This document shows, in pieces, positions 1 to 15,533 of a stretch of 64,000 nt of DNA. The notes under the pieces are model-generated. The model searched no databases, had not been told where the DNA came from, and saw only the letters and a program-made list of their open reading frames with translations. The DNA is from Eledone cirrhosa (lineage: Eukaryota), in NCBI GenBank assembly GCA_964016885.1, contig OZ024756.1, forward strand, positions 41,974,001-42,038,000, given 5' to 3'. Positions within the stretch are counted from its first letter, which is position 1. Each line of letters begins with the position of its first letter. Both the position numbers and the translations under genes were made by a program.

Positions 1-72
1 GAAAAATATACATATATATATGTATGTATATATATATATGTATGTATATATATATATATGTATGTATGTATG

Positions 73-113
<41 letters not shown>

Positions 114-118
114 GTATG

Positions 119-216
<98 letters not shown>

Positions 217-276
217 TATATAGATTTTGAGTTTACCTCAACAACATATGTACTTGTCTATACCATACTAATTCAA

Positions 277-331
277 ACTGCCTGAAGAGGTCATAGCCAA
301 AGATGGCTGTCACTGAAATATATATAGCAGT
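277..331 (+). ncRNA. Type I hammerhead ribozyme motif
   Basis: actgc-CTGAAGA-ggtcatagcca(aaga)tggctgtcact-GAAA-tatata-TA-gcagt, followed by AATAAA. Confidence 0.75.
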
Positions 332-576
332 AATAAACGAAGCTAAATTTTAATCATTTGACTTTTATTTAACTTTATTTTATATATCATCATCATCATC
401 ATCATCAACGTTTAACGTCCGTGTTCCACGCTTGCATGGGTTTGGACGGGGGTAGTCCCACTTGAGGCAAGAGTGATTGTCTTGCTCGCATATATATATG
501 TATATATATATGTATATATATATATGTATGTATGTATATGTATGTATGTATATATATGTATGTATATATGTATATG

Positions 577-640
<64 letters not shown>

Positions 641-675
641 TGTATGTATATATATATGTATGTATATATATATAT

Positions 676-1419
676 CATCTTGGTTAAGAGAGTGGGACTG
701 CCTTTGTGCAGTGCCTTTGCTCACTATAAAAGCTTCACGGCACAGGCATTGCTTTATATTTGGAGATCTCTCTGCACTTGTCGTCACATGGTACCATGGG
801 CCCAGCACTATGTGTAGTGTTTGTACCAGAGTTTTCAAGTCGCTGGATTAAAAAGTCACACTCGTTCAGCGCATCGGTAGGGGTTCTCCTACATAGATAT
901 AAAGTAGTGGCAGTACTCGAAAACGAGTTGGCAGCCACCATATATATATGTATGTATGTATATATGTATGTATATGTATGTATATATATATGTATGTATG
1001 TATGTATGTGTGTGTGTGTGTATGTATGTGTGTGTGTATGTATATATGTATATATATATGAATTCTAGGAGAAGGAAAACTCTGATATAACTCCTCCAAC
1101 CCTGATGGTATCCAATGATGTTGACTTGTTCTTCTTTTTGGTAAATATCATCTTGGTCAAGAGAGTGGGACTGGCTTTGTACAATGCCTTTGCTCACTAT
1201 AAAAGCTTCACGGCACAGGCATTGCTTTATATCTGGAGATCTCTCTGCACTTGTCGTCACATGGTACCATGGGCCCAGCACTATGTGTCAATAATTGTCG
1301 CAAGAGTTTTCAAGTCGCTGGCTGGACTAAAAAGTCATATTCGTTTAGCGCATCGGTAGGGGTTCTCCTACATGGATATAAAGTAGTGGCTGTACTCGAA
1401 AACGAGTTGGCAGCCACCA

Positions 1420-1420
<1 letters not shown>
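676..1420. repeat. Local direct duplication of a ~265-bp segment (676-940 and 1146-1420)
   Basis: Two similar copies running atcttggt.aagagagtgggactg...gagttggcagccacca, each followed by microsatellite. Confidence 0.9.
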
Positions 1421-2560
<1,140 letters not shown>

Positions 2561-2650
2561 TAAGCAGTGAATTAATTAATTTGCTGATTATTCAAACAGA
2601 ACTCAAAACGCTAAGTTCTAGTTGTGAACGTCACTATCTGTAAAACAAGG

Positions 2651-2711
2651 TATTTTATCTGATGAGAGCGTACCAAAATACTGGTACCCTTGAAATATAT
2701 ATAATAGAATA
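2651..2711 (+). ncRNA. Type I hammerhead ribozyme motif
   Basis: tattttat-CTGATGA-gagcgtacca(aaatac)tggtaccctt-GAAA-tatata-TA-atagaata, with an overlapping AATAAA. Confidence 0.75.
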
Positions 2712-2818
2712 AATATGGTTTTATAAATATAGTTTCCGTATATTTAATATTATTGATATTATATATATATATCATCATCATCATCGTTTAACGTCTATCT
2801 TCCACGCTAGCATGGGTT

Positions 2819-2851
<33 letters not shown>

Positions 2852-3109
2852 GTATGTCCTACTAATGGTCAAGTTTTCATGCCCCCACCCCCCACCCTAT
2901 TTTTTTCCTTTGTCCCTTTTGAATTAAGAAATGTATGGGATTATATGAAAAGTTATGAATGTAGATTATATTCTTTCTCTGATGTTACAAATGTTTTAAA
3001 TTCTAGCAGCGTTGCAGGGTGTGTTTCAAAAATAATAATAATAAATAAATAAAATAAATTCTAGAACTTTGGGAATAAAATATTCCATTTTATGCCCTTC
3101 CAATTACTA

Positions 3110-3530
3110 ACTCCTAATTTAGACACAAGGCCAGCAGATTTGGGGGGAGGGGCAAAGTTGATAAAAATCAACCCCAGTATATAACTGGTACTTTATTTTA
3201 TTGACCCCGGAAGGATGAAAGGCAAAGTTTGCCTTGGCAGGATTTGAACTCAGAATATGTAAAGAGCCAGAACAAATACCACAATGACAATTTGTCAGCT
3301 GCTCTACCGATTCTACCAATCCACCATTCTTAAATATTGATTTCTAATTTAGGCACAAGGCCAGCAGATTTAAGGGAAGGGAAAGTTGATTAAATCCCCC
3401 AGTATTTGACTGGTACTTTATTTTATCGACCTTTGAAGAATGAAAGGTAAAGTTTACCTGGGCAAGATTGGAACTCAGATTGTAAAGAGCCGAAACAAAC
3501 ATAGCTCTGGTATTTTATCTGATACCAATT
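3110..3530 (-). mobile_element. Two tandem copies of a second tRNA-derived SINE family
   Basis: cacaaggccagca...ggtactttatttt...ggatgaaaggcaaagt...gatttgaactcag (reverse-complemented box B). The family recurs at ~14115, 16195, 39410, 40500, 53975 and 55055. Confidence 0.82.
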
Positions 3531-3594
3531 CTATTGAAAAATTAACTTAAGTACTACTGGTTTATAAAATAACACTGTGTCTTCATGTGTGAAA

Positions 3595-3794
3595 TTATTG
3601 CGTATTCTTTGGGCTGTTTAACATTGGTTGTAGTTCCTTTGTTTCCAGTAATGGTTCAGGTGTTTTGGTCCCTCGATTTTTCTCCCATTTAGAAACCCTC
3701 TCCAAGGGAACACAGATAATACCTGCTACAGCCAGTGCTGCACCTCCCATGTAAAAAGCTGCATCGAAACTTCCTGTGGTATCCGACAACCATC
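3595..3794 (-). CDS. SLC16 paralog A, last coding exon
   Basis: GWLSDTTGSFDAAFYMGGAALAVAG...NTQ*, i.e. TM12 and C-terminal tail. Acceptor tatttcag|. Confidence 0.9.
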
Positions 3795-4215
3795 CTGAAA
3801 TAGTGGAGGGGAAAAAATTAAACTATTAAGAATGATAAAAAGAATAAGATTAACATTATTTGAATGCATAGCTTGATGATGAAGTGACTCCAGGTAAGAG
3901 ACACTTCCCCACATTGAGATCACAGCTTTGTTTTGTTTATAAATGTTTCAGTCTAATATAATCTCATCAGTGAATATAAGATCTGTTTGTTTTTTTCATG
4001 CCAGGAACATTTTAGCATTGATTAATGGATAAAGTTAAAAAAAAGTGGAAGCTTGAACAGCTTGTAGGATGACTACAACTAAAGCTTTTACTTTTTCGAA
4101 CTGATGAGATTCTATTAGACTGAAACATTTATAAACAAAACACTACGTTTTAATTATATATACAGATTGTTTGACCTTCCAATCATTTAGAAATACATAG
4201 AAAACAGTTAGTTAC

Positions 4216-4341
4216 CTGCAAGAGGACTTCCAAAATATGATGAGAGGCCTTGAGCCATTATAATTAAACCAAATGCAATTGTTAAACTTTCAACTCCCAA
4301 AAGTTCAACCATTATTATTGAGCGAAGAGAGATAAAGGCAG
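4216..4341 (-). CDS. SLC16 paralog A, coding exon 5
   Basis: Hand translation AFISLRSIIMVELLGVESLTIAFGLIIMAQGLSSYFGSPLAG. Acceptor tttttcag|, donor |gtaac. It is 126 bp, the same length as the matching exon of paralog B. Confidence 0.9.
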
Positions 4342-4750
4342 CTGAAAAATAAATTAACTCTTAATATCCTGCAATGATTTATTGGAAAATATCTAAAAAT
4401 GAGTTTGTTAATTCAAATGTTTATAGTATCTTTACTAGTGGACAGATGTTAAACTTTGATTTGGGGTGGGTGGGGGGGTGATGAGGTGGAAGAAGGTTTA
4501 GCCATGTTTCAGTAACATATACATACACACGCACATACAAACACACAAATATACACATACATACACATGCACATACATACACAGAAATATACACATACAT
4601 ACACACAAATATAGACATACATACACATGCACATATACACATACATAGACACACATACATATACATACATACACACACACATACACATACAAATAAAATA
4701 ATATGAAATAAAAACAAAAACAACCAAACAAACAAGTGTGATTTACTTAC

Positions 4751-5020
4751 CGATACATATGCCATAGACAACGCAATAGGTGACTAGAAGTGGGTAATTC
4801 GTGAAGGAAGGAACGCAAGCTGTTGCTACACCGGAGATTAAAAGGGAACTGTAGTTGATGATGAAACAATTTGACCATTTCTGGTCACTCACCCAACCAA
4901 TAATAATACGGAATATTGTGTTTGATATTCCAATGATTGATAAAAGTAAAGCTGAGTCATTTCTGGAGAATTTCAAGCTAAGACCGACAGATGGTAAGTA
5001 AGTATAAGGAATGAAGAAAC
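4751..5020 (-). CDS. SLC16 paralog A, coding exon 4
   Basis: GFFIPYTYLPSVGLSLKFSRNDSALLLSIIGISNTIFRIIIGWVSD... Acceptor ctctttacag|, donor |gtaag. Confidence 0.92.
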
Positions 5021-5042
5021 CTGTAAAGAGAATAAATAATCT

Positions 5043-8000
5043 ATATATTAATACACTTATACCTACGTACCATACGTCAGACAGTGTATGTCACACTTTC
5101 AGTAATATATATATTAATACACTTTTACCTACGTACCATACGTCAGACAGTGTATGTCACACTTTCAGTAATATATATATTAATACACTTATACCTACGT
5201 ACCATACGTCAGACAGTGTATGTCACACTTTCAGTAATATATATATTAATACACTTATACCTACGTACCATACGTCAGACAGTGTATGTCACACTTTCAG
5301 TAATATATATATTAATACACTTATACCTACGTACCATACGTCAGACAGTGTATGTCACACTTTCAGTAATATATATATTAATACACTTATACCTACGTAC
5401 CATACGTCAGACAGTGTATGTCACACTTTCAGTAATATATATATTAATACACTTATACCTACGTACCATACGTCAGACAGTGTATGTCACACTTTCAGTA
5501 ATATATATATTAATACACTTATACCTACGTACCATACGTCAGACAGTGTATGTCACACTTTCAGTAATATATATATTAATACACTTATACCTACGTACCA
5601 TACGTCAGACAGTGTATGTCACACTTTCAGTAATATATATATTAATACACTTATACCTACGTACCATACGTCAGACAATGTATGTCACACTTTCAGTAAT
5701 ATATATATTTATACACTTATACCTACGTACCATACGTCAGACAGTGTATGTCACACTTTCAGTAATATATATATTAATACACTTATACCTACGTACCATA
5801 CGTCAGACAGTGTATGTCACACTTTCAGTAATATATATATTAATACACTTATACCTACGTACCATACGTCAGACAGTGTATGTCACACTTTCAGTAATAT
5901 ATATATTAATACACTTATACCTACGTACCATACGTCAGACAGTGTATGTCACACTTTCAGTAATATATATATTAATACACTTATACCTACGTACCATACG
6001 TCAGACAGTGTATGTCACACTTTCAGTAATATATATATTTATACACTTATACCTACGTACCATACGTCAGACAGTGTATGTCACACTTTCAGTAATATAT
6101 ATATTAATACACTTATACCTACGTACCATACGTCAGACAATGTATGTCACACTTTCAGTAATATATATATTTATACACTTATACCTACGTACCATACGTC
6201 AGACAGTGTATGTCACACTTTCAGTAATATATATATTAATACACTTATACCTACGTACCATACGTCAGACAGTGTATGTCACACTTTCAGTAATATATAT
6301 ATTAATACACTTATACCTACGTACCATACGTCAGACAGTGTATGTCACACTTTCAGTAATATATATATTAATACACTTATACCTACGTACCATACGTCAG
6401 ACAGTGTATGTCACACTTTCAGTAATATATATATTAATACACTTATACCTACGTACCATACGTCAGACAGTGTATGTCACACTTTCAGTAATATATATAT
6501 TAATACACTTATACCTACGTACCATACGTCAGACAGTGTATGTCACACTTTCAGTAATATATATATTAATACACTTATACCTACGTACCATACGTCAGAC
6601 AGTGTATGTCACACTTTCAGTAATATATATATTAATACACTTATACCTACGTACCATACGTCAGACAGTGTATGTCACACTTTCAGTAATATATATATTA
6701 ATACACTTATACCTACGTACCATACGTCAGACAGTGTATGTCACACTTTCAGTAATATATATATTAATACACTTATACCTACGTACCATACGTCAGACAA
6801 TGTATGTCACACTTTCAGTAATATATATATTTATACACTTATACCTACGTACCATACGTCAGACAGTGTATGTCACACTTTCAGTAATATATATATTAAT
6901 ACACTTATACCTACGTACCATACGTCAGACAGTGTATGTCACACTTTCAGTAATATATATATTAATACACTTATACTTACGTACCATACGTCAGACAGTG
7001 TATGTCACACTTTCAGTAATATATATATTAATACACTTATACCTACGTACCATACGTCAGACAGTGTATGTCACACTTTCAGTAATATATATATTAATAC
7101 ACTTATACCTACGTACCATACGTCAGACAGTGTATGTCACACTTTCAGTAATATATATATTTATACACTTATACCTACGTACCATACGTCAGACAGTGTA
7201 TGTCACACTTTCAGTAATATATATATTAATACACTTATACCTACGTACCATACGTCAGACAATGTATGTCACACTTTCAGTAATATATATATTTATACAC
7301 TTATACCTACGTACCATACGTCAGACAGTGTATGTCACACTTTCAGTAATATATATATTAATACACTTATACCTACGTACCATACGTCAGACAGTGTATG
7401 TCACACTTTCAGTAATATATATATTAATACACTTATACCTACGTACCATACGTCAGACAGTGTATGTCACACTTTCAGTAATATATATATTAATACACTT
7501 ATACCTACGTACCATACGTCAGACAGTGTATGTCACACTTTCAGTAATATATATATTAATACACTTATACCTACGTACCATACGTCAGACAGTGTATGTC
7601 ACACTTTCAGTAATATATATATTAATACACTTATACCTACGTACCATACGTCAGACAGTGTATGTCACACTTTCAGTAATATATATATTTATACGTTAAT
7701 ACCTACGTACCATACGTCAGACAGTGTATGTCACACTTTCAGTAATATATATATTTATACACTTATACCTACGTACCATACGTCAGACAGTGTATGTCAC
7801 ACTTTCAGTAATATATATATTAATACACTTATACCTACGTACCATACGTCAGACAGTGTATGTCACACTTTCAGTAATATATATATTAATACACTTATAC
7901 CTACGTACCATACGTCAGACAGTGTATGTCACACTTTCAGTAATATATATATTAATACACTTATACCTACGTACCATACGTCAGACAATGTATGTCACAC

Positions 8001-11000
8001 TTTCAGTAATATATATATTAATACACTTATACCTACGTACCATACGTCAGACAGTGTATGTCACACTTTCAGTAATATATATATTAATACACTTATACCT
8101 ACGTACCATACGTCAGACAGTGTATGTCACACTTTCAGTAATATATATATTAATACACTTATACCTACGTACCATACGTCAGACAATGTATGTCACACTT
8201 TCAGTAATATATATATTAATACACTTATACCTACGTACCATACGTCAGACAGTGTATGTCACACTTTCAGTAATATATATATTAATACACTTATACCTAC
8301 GTACCATACGTCAGACAGTGTATGTCACACTTTCAGTAATATATATATTAATACACTTATACCTACGTACCATACGTCAGACAATGTATGTCACACTTTC
8401 AGTAATATATATATTAATACACTTATACCTACGTACCATACGTCAGACAATGTATGTCACACTTTCAGTAATATATATATTAATACACTTATACCTACGT
8501 ACCATACGTCAGACAATGTATGTCACACTTTCAGTAATATATATATTTATACGTTAATACCTACGTACCATACGTCAGACAGTGTATGTCACACTTTCAG
8601 TAATATATATATTTATACACTTATACCTACGTACCATACGTCAGACAGTGTATGTCACACTTTCAGTAATATATATATTAATACACTTATACCTACGTAC
8701 CATACGTCAGACAGTGTATGTCACACTTTCAGTAATATATATATTAATACACTTATACCTACGTACCATACGTCAGACAGTGTATGTCACACTTTCAGTA
8801 ATATATATATTAATACACTTATACCTACGTACCATACGTCAGACAGTGTATGTCACACTTTCAGTAATATATATATTAATACACTTATACCTACGTACCA
8901 TACGTCAGACAGTGTATGTCACACTTTCAGTAATATATATATTAATACACTTATACCTACGTACCATACGTCAGACAATGTATGTCACACTTTCAGTAAT
9001 ATATATATTTATACACTTATACCTACGTACCATACGTCAGACAGTGTATGTCACACTTTCAGTAATATATATATTAATACACTTATACCTACGTACCATA
9101 CGTCAGACAGTGTATGTCACACTTTCAGTAATATATATATTAATACACTTATACCTACGTACCATACGTCAGACAGTGTATGTCACACTTTCAGTAATAT
9201 ATATATTAATACACTTATACCTACGTACCATACGTCAGACAGTGTATGTCACACTTTCAGTAATATATATATTAATACACTTATACCTACGTACCATACG
9301 TCAGACAGTGTATGTCACACTTTCAGTAATATATATATTTATACACTTATACCTACGTACCATACGTCAGACAGTGTATGTCACACTTTCAGTAATATAT
9401 ATATTAATACACTTATACCTACGTACCATACGTCAGACAATGTATGTCACACTTTCAGTAATATATATATTTATACACTTATACCTACGTACCATACGTC
9501 AGACAGTGTATGTCACACTTTCAGTAATATATATATTAATACACTTATACCTACGTACCATACGTCAGACAGTGTATGTCACACTTTCAGTAATATATAT
9601 ATTAATACACTTATACCTACGTACCATACGTCAGACAGTGTATGTCACACTTTCAGTAATATATATATTAATACACTTATACCTACGTACCATACGTCAG
9701 ACAGTGTATGTCACACTTTCAGTAATATATATATTAATACACTTATACCTACGTACCATACGTCAGACAGTGTATGTCACACTTTCAGTAATATATATAT
9801 TAATACACTTATACCTACGTACCATACGTCAGACAGTGTATGTCACACTTTCAGTAATATATATATTTATACGTTAATACCTACGTACCATACGTCAGAC
9901 AGTGTATGTCACACTTTCAGTAATATATATATTTATACACTTATACCTACGTACCATACGTCAGACAGTGTATGTCACACTTTCAGTAATATATATATTA
10001 ATACACTTATACCTACGTACCATACGTCAGACAGTGTATGTCACACTTTCAGTAATATATATATTAATACACTTATACCTACGTACCATACGTCAGACAG
10101 TGTATGTCACACTTTCAGTAATATATATATTAATACACTTATACCTACGTACCATACGTCAGACAATGTATGTCACACTTTCAGTAATATATATATTAAT
10201 ACACTTATACCTACGTACCATACGTCAGACAGTGTATGTCACACTTTCAGTAATATATATATTAATACACTTATACCTACGTACCATACGTCAGACAGTG
10301 TATGTCACACTTTCAGTAATATATATATTAATACACTTATACCTACGTACCATACGTCAGACAATGTATGTCACACTTTCAGTAATATATATATTAATAC
10401 ACTTATACCTACGTACCATACGTCAGACAGTGTATGTCACACTTTCAGTAATATATATATTAATACACTTATACCTACGTACCATACGTCAGACAGTGTA
10501 TGTCACACTTTCAGTAATATATATATTAATACACTTATACCTACGTACCATACGTCAGACAATGTATGTCACACTTTCAGTAATATATATATTAATACAC
10601 TTATACCTACGTACCATACGTCAGACAATGTATGTCACACTTTCAGTAATATATATATTAATACACTTATACCTACGTACCATACGTCAGACAATGTATG
10701 TCACACTTTCAGTAATATATATATTTATACGTTAATACCTACGTACCATACGTCAGACAGTGTATGTCACACTTTCAGTAATATATATATTTATACACTT
10801 ATACCTACGTACCATACGTCAGACAGTGTATGTCACACTTTCAGTAATATATATATTAATACACTTATACCTACGTACCATACGTCAGACAGTGTATGTC
10901 ACACTTTCAGTAATATATATATTAATACACTTATACCTACGTACCATACGTCAGACAGTGTATGTCACACTTTCAGTAATATATATATTAATACACTTAT

Positions 11001-13795
11001 ACCTACGTACCATACGTCAGACAATGTATGTCACACTTTCAGTAATATATATATTAATACACTTATACCTACGTACCATACGTCAGACAATGTATGTCAC
11101 ACTTTCAGTAATATATATATTTATACGTTAATACCTACGTACCATACGTCAGACAGTGTATGTCACACTTTCAGTAATATATATATTAATACACTTATAC
11201 CTACGTACCATACGTCAGACAGTGTATGTCACACTTTCAGTAATATATATATTAATACACTTATACCTACGTACCATACGTCAGACAGTGTATGTCACAC
11301 TTTCAGTAATATATATATTAATACACTTATACCTACGTACCATACGTCAGACAGTGTATGTCACACTTTCAGTAATATATATATTAATACACTTATACCT
11401 ACGTACCATACGTCAGACAATGTATGTCACACTTTCAGTAATATATATATTAATACACTTATACCTACGTACCATACGTCAGACAATGTATGTCACACTT
11501 TCAGTAATATATATATTAATACACTTATACCTACGTACCATACGTCAGACAGTGTATGTCACACTTTCAGTAATATATATATTTATACACTTATACCTAC
11601 GTACCATACGTCAGACAGTGTATGTCACACTTTCAGTAATATATATATTAATACACTTATACCTACGTACCATACGTCAGACAATGTATGTCACACTTTC
11701 AGTAATATATATATTTATACACTTATACCTACGTACCATACGTCAGACAGTGTATGTCACACTTTCAGTAATATATATATTAATACACTTATACCTACGT
11801 ACCATACGTCAGACAGTGTATGTCACACTTTCAGTAATATATATATTAATACACTTATACCTACGTACCATACGTCAGACAGTGTATGTCACACTTTCAG
11901 TAATATATATATTAATACACTTATACCTACGTACCATACGTCAGACAGTGTATGTCACACTTTCAGTAATATATATATTAATACACTTATACGTACGTAC
12001 CATATGTCAGACAGTGTATGTCACACTTTCAGTAATATATATATTTATACACTTATACCTACGTACCATACGTCAGACAGTGTATGTCACACTTTCAGTA
12101 ATATATATATTAATACACTTATACCTACGTACCATACGTCAGACAATGTATGTCACACTTTCAGTAATATATATATTAATACACTTATACCTACGTACCA
12201 TACGTCAGACAGTGTATGTCACACTTTCAGTAATATATATATTTATACACTTATACCTACGTACCATACGTCAGACAGTGTATGTCACACTTTCAGTAAT
12301 ATATTAATACACTTATACCTACGTACCAAACGTCAGACAGTGTATGTCACACTTTCAGTAATATATATATTTATACACTTATACCTACGTACCATACGTC
12401 AGACAGTGTATGTCACACTTTCAGTAATATATATATTTATACACTTATACCTACGTACCATACGTCAGACAGTGTATGTCACACTTTCAGTAATATATAT
12501 ATTTATACACTTATACCTACGTACCATACGTCAGACAGTGTATGTCACACGTTCAGTAATATATTAATACACTTATACCTACGTACCATACGTCAGACAG
12601 TGTATGTCACACTTTCAGTAATATATATATTTATACACTTATACCTACGTACCATACGTCAGACAGTGTATGTCACACTTTCAGTAATATATATATTTAT
12701 ACACTTATACCTACGTACCATACGTCAGACAGTGTATGTCACACTTTCAGTAATATATATATTTATACACTTATACCTACGTACCATACGTCAGACAGTG
12801 TATGTCACACTTTCAGTAATATATTAATACACTTATACCTACGTACCATACGTCAGACAGTGTATGTCACACTTTCAGTAATATATATATTTATACACTT
12901 ATACCTACGTACCATACGTCAGACAGTGTATGTCACACTTTCAGTAATATATATATTTATACACTTATACCTACGTACCATACGTCAGACAGTGTATGTC
13001 ACACGTTCAGTAATATATTAATACACTTATACCTACGTACCATACGTCAGACAGTGTATGTCACACTTTCAGTAATATATATATTTATACACTTATACCT
13101 ACGTACCATACGTCAGACAGTGTATGTCACACTTTCAGTAATATATATATTTATACACTTATACCTACGTACCATACGTCAGACAGTGTATGTCACACTT
13201 TCAGTAATATATTAATACACTTATACCTACGTACCATACGTCAGACAGTGTATGTCACACTTTCAGTAATATATATATTTATACACTTATACCTACGTAC
13301 CATACGTCAGACAGTGTATGTCACACTTTCAGTAATATATATATTTATACACTTATACCTACGTACCATACGTCAGACAGTGTATGTCACACGTTCAGTA
13401 ATATATTAATACACTTATACCTACGTACCATACGTCAGACAGTGTATGTCACACTTTCAGTAATATATATATTTATACACTTATACCTACGTACCATACG
13501 TCAGACAGTGTATGTCACACTTTCAGTAATATATATATTTATACACTTATACCTACGTACCATACGTCAGACAGTGTATGTCACACTTTCAGTAATATAT
13601 ATATTAATACACTTATACCTACGTACCATACGTCAGACAGTGTATGTCACACTTTCAGTAATATATATATTTATACACTTATACCTACGTACCATACGTC
13701 AGACAGTGTATGTCACACTTTCAGTAATATATATATTTATACACTTATACCTACGTACCATACGTCAGACAGTGTATGTCCCACTTTCAGTAATT
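5043..13795. repeat. 66-bp tandem satellite, ~130 copies, intronic
   Basis: Unit taatacacttatacctacgtaccatacgtcagacagtgtatgtcacactttcagtaatatatatat. Few variant sites; 62-bp variants after ~12300. Confidence 0.99.
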
Positions 13796-14735
13796 ACATA
13801 GTAATTTATCTAGAGAATATGAGAAACAGAGTTGATCAGTGACGAAATGCCATAATTGAAGAGCAGTCTTTGAGCAAGGGTGATGGACAGTGGGAGAGTT
13901 AAACGAATCCACCCATGACCGCACAAGTGGAATCACCTTTACTAGAAACATTGTATATAGGGAAGTGCTTTAAACGATGTTTTTTATGTGTACTTTTATG
14001 AAATTTATTTTAGATAAACTTACATTACTATACATTAAATAAAGTACCAGTCATGTACTGGGGTCGATATGATCAACTTTCTTCTCTCTTAAATTAAAAA
14101 TCATTAATAAAAGTTAGGAAGGTAGTGAGAATTGGTAGAGTATCAGATGAAATACCATTGTGATATTAGTTGTGGCGCTTTATATTCTGAGTTCAAATCC
14201 TGCAGAGTTCAACTTTGTCTTTCATCCTTTTTGAAGGTCAATAAAATAAAGTACCAGCTATCTACTGGAGTAAATATTAATGACTTTACCCCCCCCCCCC
14301 CCCCCGACCCCACCAAAGCACGAAATATTAGAACAGAAAAATAGGTAACAAATACCAGGTACTCTTGGGTCCCAAATAACAGGCCGGTGGGTAGAGCATC
14401 AGTAATTTTTCTAGATTGTCACTATTGATTTTTTTTTTTTTAAACCAGAATTAGTCGTTTAGTTTACCTATTGAGACATCCTATATATTTTATAACATGA
14501 GATTTCTAGTAATGTACTTTTTCTGTATAATGGTATAATGAATAGTGTTTTTAATGTAAAAGAAAATTGTCGCAGGAATGCTAAAACTTAAAATAAAAGT
14601 TCACCTGAGATAGATTAGCAAAATTTAATAAGGATGGAGGATGGACAAAATCTGAAAAATTAATAAATGTGTGTGTGGGGGGTGGGGGGTACACTGGCAG
14701 GTAAGAAGAAGAAGAAGATTTGTTCTTATACTTAC

Positions 14736-15533
14736 CAAGCATAAGAAGAAAACATGCAAAGCTGTAGAGGAAAAATGTTGGCTTCAAATTTTTGTAATTT
14801 TGTAAGGCTTTTCTAACTTTTTCCATACAGCTTTTTTTATTCCCGTCCTCATCTGATGGGATCACCATCATACTGGATATAAATTCATCTATATTTGGTG
14901 ATTCCATCTTCTCAGACAGACGTAAAAGACTGCCACTATACAGCACATCCTTACGGTAAAATGGTGGCACAGCAGGTTTTGTTGGGGCTTTCCATTTTAG
15001 ATGTGTTGGAAATATATCTTGACTAACTGCCATTCGTGCAATATGAGATTGGTCTTGATTATTACTTACATTAACCACACCAGAAGAAAGGAAAGTTCTG
15101 CCTGTACCAGTAATATCTAAGGAGTGATGTCTCCTTGCATTTGCAACATAACTTTCTTTTTCTAGATCATGTATCCTTTTGAATTTCATTCGAAGGTTCA
15201 ACTGTCTATGTTTATCGTCTGGCCTAACAATAGATTGTTTATCACCATTGTTTGTAGATGTATAAGAAATTGACACAATATCCTCTTCTTTCAGGGGAAC
15301 TAATGGGCGGTAAAAGCTTCCAAATATTATTCCGTGTAGCATAAGAGCTGCTGTGATCCACATTGATCCACGCCAACCATATTCCTTGAGCAGAAGTTCA
15401 GCAATCGGAGCAAATACAAAGTTACCTATCCCAGAGCCACACACTGCAATTCCTGTCGCTAATGCCCTTCTTTTATCAAAATAGTATCCCACCATAACAA
15501 TTGCAGGCAGGTACATGAATCCCAGACCAATAC
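14736..15533 (-). CDS. SLC16 paralog A, coding exon 3 (TM4-6, large cytoplasmic loop, TM7)
   Basis: GIGLGFMYLPAIVMVGYYFDKRRALATGIAVCGSGIG...YGWRG matches the MCT YF-KRR-LA-G motif. Acceptor attacag|, donor |gtaag. Confidence 0.95.

Noticed and set aside
5011-12567. 2518-aa repetitive ORF and overlapping frames
   Set aside because: By-product of a stop-free 66-bp unit. Two frames are open, the ATG lies antisense within an SLC16 exon, and there are no unique domains.
5043-13795. CRISPR-like array
   Set aside because: No unique spacers and the context is eukaryotic; it is a simple tandem satellite.
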